Below, piece after piece: positions 59,585-64,000 of a stretch of DNA of 64,000 nt. The notes below the pieces were generated by a model, which searched no databases, was not told the origin of the DNA, and saw only the letters and a list, made by a program, of their open reading frames with translations. The translations under genes and the position numbers were made by a program. This DNA comes from Azolla caroliniana (Eukaryota > Plantae > Polypodiophyta): contig JBHGNT010000008.1 of assembly GCA_043228905.1 (NCBI GenBank), forward strand, positions 22,134,001 through 22,198,000. Reading direction: 5' to 3'. Each line of letters starts with the position of its first letter. The first letter of the stretch is position 1.

Positions 59585-62500
59585 ATCAGAGCCAGAAGTG
59601 TGTTACCGCTGATTCAATTCCCCAAGCACTTGATGCTTCTTGGAAAAGTTCCATCATGAGAACAACTTCAAAAGTGAAGGAATTCCATTAATACCTAGTG
59701 TTTGTACGTTTCCAATGCAGGATGACTTTGTTACAGCAGTATATGCAAATTCACTCCAAAATTGTTCCAGATATTCCCTTTGGTTCTTAAAACCCCTTTA
59801 TGTGGTTATTTTTACATAATAGTGATCTTTCTACTTGTTGTGATTAGATTTGAAATAAATTCACGAATTTCAGAGTTTGTTTTTCACGCAAATGTTCTTA
59901 AATCATTGTATGAGATCAAAGATTTGATGGCACAAGCTTTGACCTGTGGAAGGTTACAATACATGGCATCCTATTTCTTAATAAATGTGACCATCCTTTG
60001 AAAAGTGTGAGGCCAACAACATCGACCGACCTTGCATTGCCTAACTTGAATAAAAAAGTCATTACAAAAGATAAAATCCTTGTGAACCCTTAACGATTAC
60101 AGCATTGCTTATGAAGTTTGGGAAAAGCTAACTGCAACATATTTGCGCCTATAAATCATGCACATTTTATGAGAAAGCTAGTGTCTACACAAGTGGATGA
60201 GTCAAAGACTACCAATGAGCACATATCCACTTTCAGTAGCACATTGAATCACTTCATGATATGAAAAGTGAGAAACCGACAGCTTTGACAGACCTTGCAT
60301 TGCCAAATTTGAATAAAAAGTCATTACACAAGATAGAATCCTTGTGAGCTTTACGGGATACAGCACTGCTTATGATATTTGGGAAAAGCTAACTGCAACA
60401 TCTTTGCACCGGTAAATTATGTACATTTTATGAGAAAGTTACATTCCATCATTATGGTAGGGGACGCCACGAGTTTGAATGCTGGTACTTAAAGAAAGAA
60501 TTTGAACATAGGAAGAATGACAATGACAAGGAGGATGCAAAAAAGACAAATTCTGGTGACACAAATTGCTCTAAGGGCAAAGACAAGGCCAATTTATTCT
60601 CTAATGTGGTCATTGAAAAGCTATCTCATGTAGAGGAAATTCTTTGTTCCAGATCGCATTCAAATGATGCTTCCATACTCTCATGTGCAAAATATGCATA
60701 TCACTAAATGTGGCAACATTGATCCATTGCATACCATTAATGATGCATTAAACCAGACCAGATTTGTGGACTTAGGTGTCTCATTCTATGTGACCCCTAT
60801 TAAGGACTGTATTGCCACTTTTCACACAAGAAATTATGGTAAGTCTATTTGGGCGACAATCAATCTTGCATTATTGATGCTATAGGCATTGGGTATTTGG
60901 CTCTTGATAATGGCCAGGAACTTGTATTGTATGACGTTAGATATGTTCTCAGCATTAAAACGAATCTATTGTTTGTGGGTCAAATGGATGTGCATGGATA
61001 TACCACTAACTATGAGAATGGATCCTAGAAATTGACAAAAGGTTCTAGATTTGTTGTCAAGGGCAAAGAAGAAAGGCACTCTATATTCCTTTCAAGGAGC
61101 GGCATTACTAGGAAATTTCTTGCTGTGGAGGTTGTTTCTCATTTGGAGTTTTGGCATAAACAATTGGACATAGGAGCCAAAAAGGATTGGGTATCCTTTC
61201 TTCTATACAAAAAGTTAATGTAAAAGGCACTAATTTTGATTTTTGTAATGATTGTTTAATGAAAAATAAGTGAGTATTTCCTATTATTATCATGTGTTTC
61301 ACAAAGAAAAATCTTTTGGATCCTGTGCATTCTGACATTTGTGGTGTCCTTTGTATTTTATTTCTTTTGTTAAGAATTATTCAAGGAGACTTTGCTGAAA
61401 AGTTTAGTTGCTGAAAAGCAAAGATTAAGCCTTTGCTGCATTTCAGTCTTTTCACGCTTTTATGACCACCCAAACATGTAGAAAGCTGAAATGTCTACAT
61501 ACAAACATTGAGGGTGAGTTCATAAGCATTGAATGTAGATGACTTTGTAAATCAAAGAATATAATAAGGGAGTAAATAGCGCCATACAACTCCTTTTCTA
61601 ATGGCTTTCATTAATATTTTGTCTTTTTCATTGATTGCTTCTCGTGTTACTTGGTTATATTTAATGAAAAATAAGAATGAAGTGTTTGCTTGCTTTAAAG
61701 ATTTTCATAGAGCTGTTCAAACTCAATATGGTGAAGTAGTAAAGGTGTTGAGGAATACTTGTCAAATCAATGAATACAACATCAAACTACACGCCCATAT
61801 ACACCAGCACAAAATGGAGTAGCAGGGAGGAAGAACAGACATATTCTAGAGATAACAAGAAGCATGATGATTTCAATGAATGTCCCAAAGCAGTTGTGGG
61901 GTCAGGCAGTTTTGACGGTTGGCGCATTGATCAACAGAATGCCTTCTAGAGTATTGGAATTTAAGTATCCATGTGAGTTGTTGCAAGGAGATAACTCTAG
62001 GACTTTGAACGTGTTTGGATGTGTGTGTTTTGTAAAGGACGGTAGACCACCTTTACGAAAGCTTGATCCCAATGCGATGAAATGTGTATTTGTGGGATAC
62101 TTTGCCACACAAAAAGGGTATGTTTGTTGGAGTCCAGTGGAAAAGGATTATTTGTGAGCATGGATGTGCATTTCATGTCTGAGATTCAGCACCGTGTTAT
62201 AAACGGGAGGTAACTTTACCCTTTGATGACTCAATTGAGACTGAAAATACGAGGGAGGAAGGAGATAGTGGTGAGAGGTTGCAGAAAATAGGATCAATTC
62301 CTTCGTTGATCCCTACACCAGCTGAGAAACAAGTGAGCATAGGAGATGAGGAAGAAGAAGGAAAAGAAGAAGAGGAACATGTATGTGTTGGGACTCGAGC
62401 TGAGGAGCTAAATGTGTATATCCGGAGGAGGAGGCAGAAGGAAGGAAATATAAACACATCTGCAGCACCATTTGTGCCATCAAGTCCCGTGTCCCGATTT

Positions 62501-64000
62501 GCCTCGACTTCTGAAATACCTATAGAACAATCAAACCTAGAAAACAGAGGGGATATGATTTCCTCTCCTTCTGCTGTAGCAATGAGGAGGACCTCTCGCA
62601 GTAATGCAGGGATCCCTCCTGATCATATGGTTTTCCTCATGATATTGCTCAGTTTATCTCTTATTCTAACATATCATCTACACAGGCATTCATTGCATCA
62701 TTAGATTGTGTCACTTTACCCAAGTGTTGGCAGGTTGCTAAAGAAGATCCAAAGTGGAATGCAATTACGCAAGAAGAACTCGGAGCTCTTGAGAAGAGCA
62801 AAACTTGGGAGATTGTGTCACTACCACCAAGAAAGAAGATGGTTGAGTGCAAATGGGTGTTTACAGTAAAACAGACCCCAGAGTGCAGATAGATCATTAC
62901 AAGGCACGATTAGTGGCTACAAGATATAGTCAGACATACGGCATTGATTACGATGAGACTTTTGCACCTGCGGCGAAGATGAGCTTTGTTAGAACGCTTA
63001 TTTCCTTGGCAATGAATAAGGATTGGAAATTACATCAATTAGATGTAAAAATGCATTCCTTCATGGAGAGTTGATGGAGGAAGTGTACATGGATATCCCC
63101 CCGGGTTTTGGTACAATTCAAACAGTAGGCAAGGTTTGCAGACTAAGGAAGTCGCTTTATGGACTGAAGCAGTCTCCTCGAGCCTGGTTCGACAGGTTAA
63201 GAAGGGTTATGGTGGGTATGGGATACCAGCAGGTCAATGTGGACCATACAGTGTTTTTCCGACAACACTACATTACTTGCTGTGTATGTGGATGATATAA
63301 TTATCACAGGTGATGATGAAGGAGAGATGCCCCAACTGAACGTGCAACTAGGTAAAGAGTTCAAGGTGAAGGATCTAGGCGTGGTATGATATTTACTTAG
63401 AATTGAGGTAGCTCATGGGGCAGGAGTTGTTCTATCACAGCAAAAATAAGTATTAGATCTTCTCACAGAAACTGGAATGTTGGGCTAGGCTTGTAGCTTC
63501 TCCAATTGACCGAAAGATCAAGTTAACTGAACTCGCAAGAGAGAAAGTTGATCTTGAAAGGTATCAGATATTGGTAGGTCGGCTGATTTATCTGACTCAC
63601 ACTCGTCCAGATATTTCATTTACAGTAAGTGTGGTAAGTCACTCCATGCATGATCCGAGGAAAGATCATATGGATGCAGTGTACCAGATTCTGGGATATC
63701 TCAAAGGTGCACCGGTGAAGGAATTGATCTTTAGAAAACGTGGTCGTTTTAACATTGAGGGCTATCATGATTCCGATTGGGCTAGTTGAGCTGATGATTG
63801 GAAAGCCACATCAGGATACTGCATGTTTGTTGGGGCCAATCTGGTCTCTTGGAAGATTAAGAAACAGTCGGTAGTACTGAGGTCAACAGCAGAAACAGAG
63901 TATAGAGCTATTGTTGTAGGAATTGTGGAGATGTTGTGGGTGAGAACTCTCCTAATAGAACTAAGGATGAATCAAGAAAGTCAGATGAGGCTGTGGTGTG
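59585..64000 (+). mobile_element. Heavily decayed Copia sequences, probably two elements joined near 61600
   Basis: PBS-like TATCAGAGCC; FWHKQL; TWLYLMKNKNEVF; KLDPNAMKCVFVGY; GIDYDETFAP; LRKSLYGLKQSPRAW; YVDD; HTRPDIS; DSDWA; runs off the window end. Confidence 0.85.

Overview
Nuclear genomic DNA of a land plant, most likely a fern (an inserted plastid psbM has an unedited ACG start; there is a degenerate PLS-type PPR gene and fungal-like Gypsy lineages). Most of the window is transposon-derived. 716-19758 is a nest of four LTR elements: an RT-less Copia (TSD AATAC) holds a minus-strand Gypsy, which holds a near-intact plus-strand Gypsy and a solo LTR of the same family. That family has a tRNA-Trp PBS, 4-bp TSDs always CCG(G/T), and a conserved -1 frameshift cassette (G_GAU_UUU plus predicted pseudoknot) after the protease. 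Next come a small tRNA-Ala-primed LTR element, a hAT MITE, tRNA-Pro(AGG), a PPR pseudogene, two decayed L1-like LINEs and several Copia relics. An intact, apparently self-priming chromovirus lies at 44662-50398; its LTR begins with an antisense tRNA-like A/B-box module. The only clearly functional protein gene is the 3' seven exons of a cysteinyl-tRNA synthetase (minus strand). The region upstream of those exons, presumably a large intron, holds a chimeric plastid insertion and Copia debris. Everything was read by eye; lineage names are inferences, not database results.
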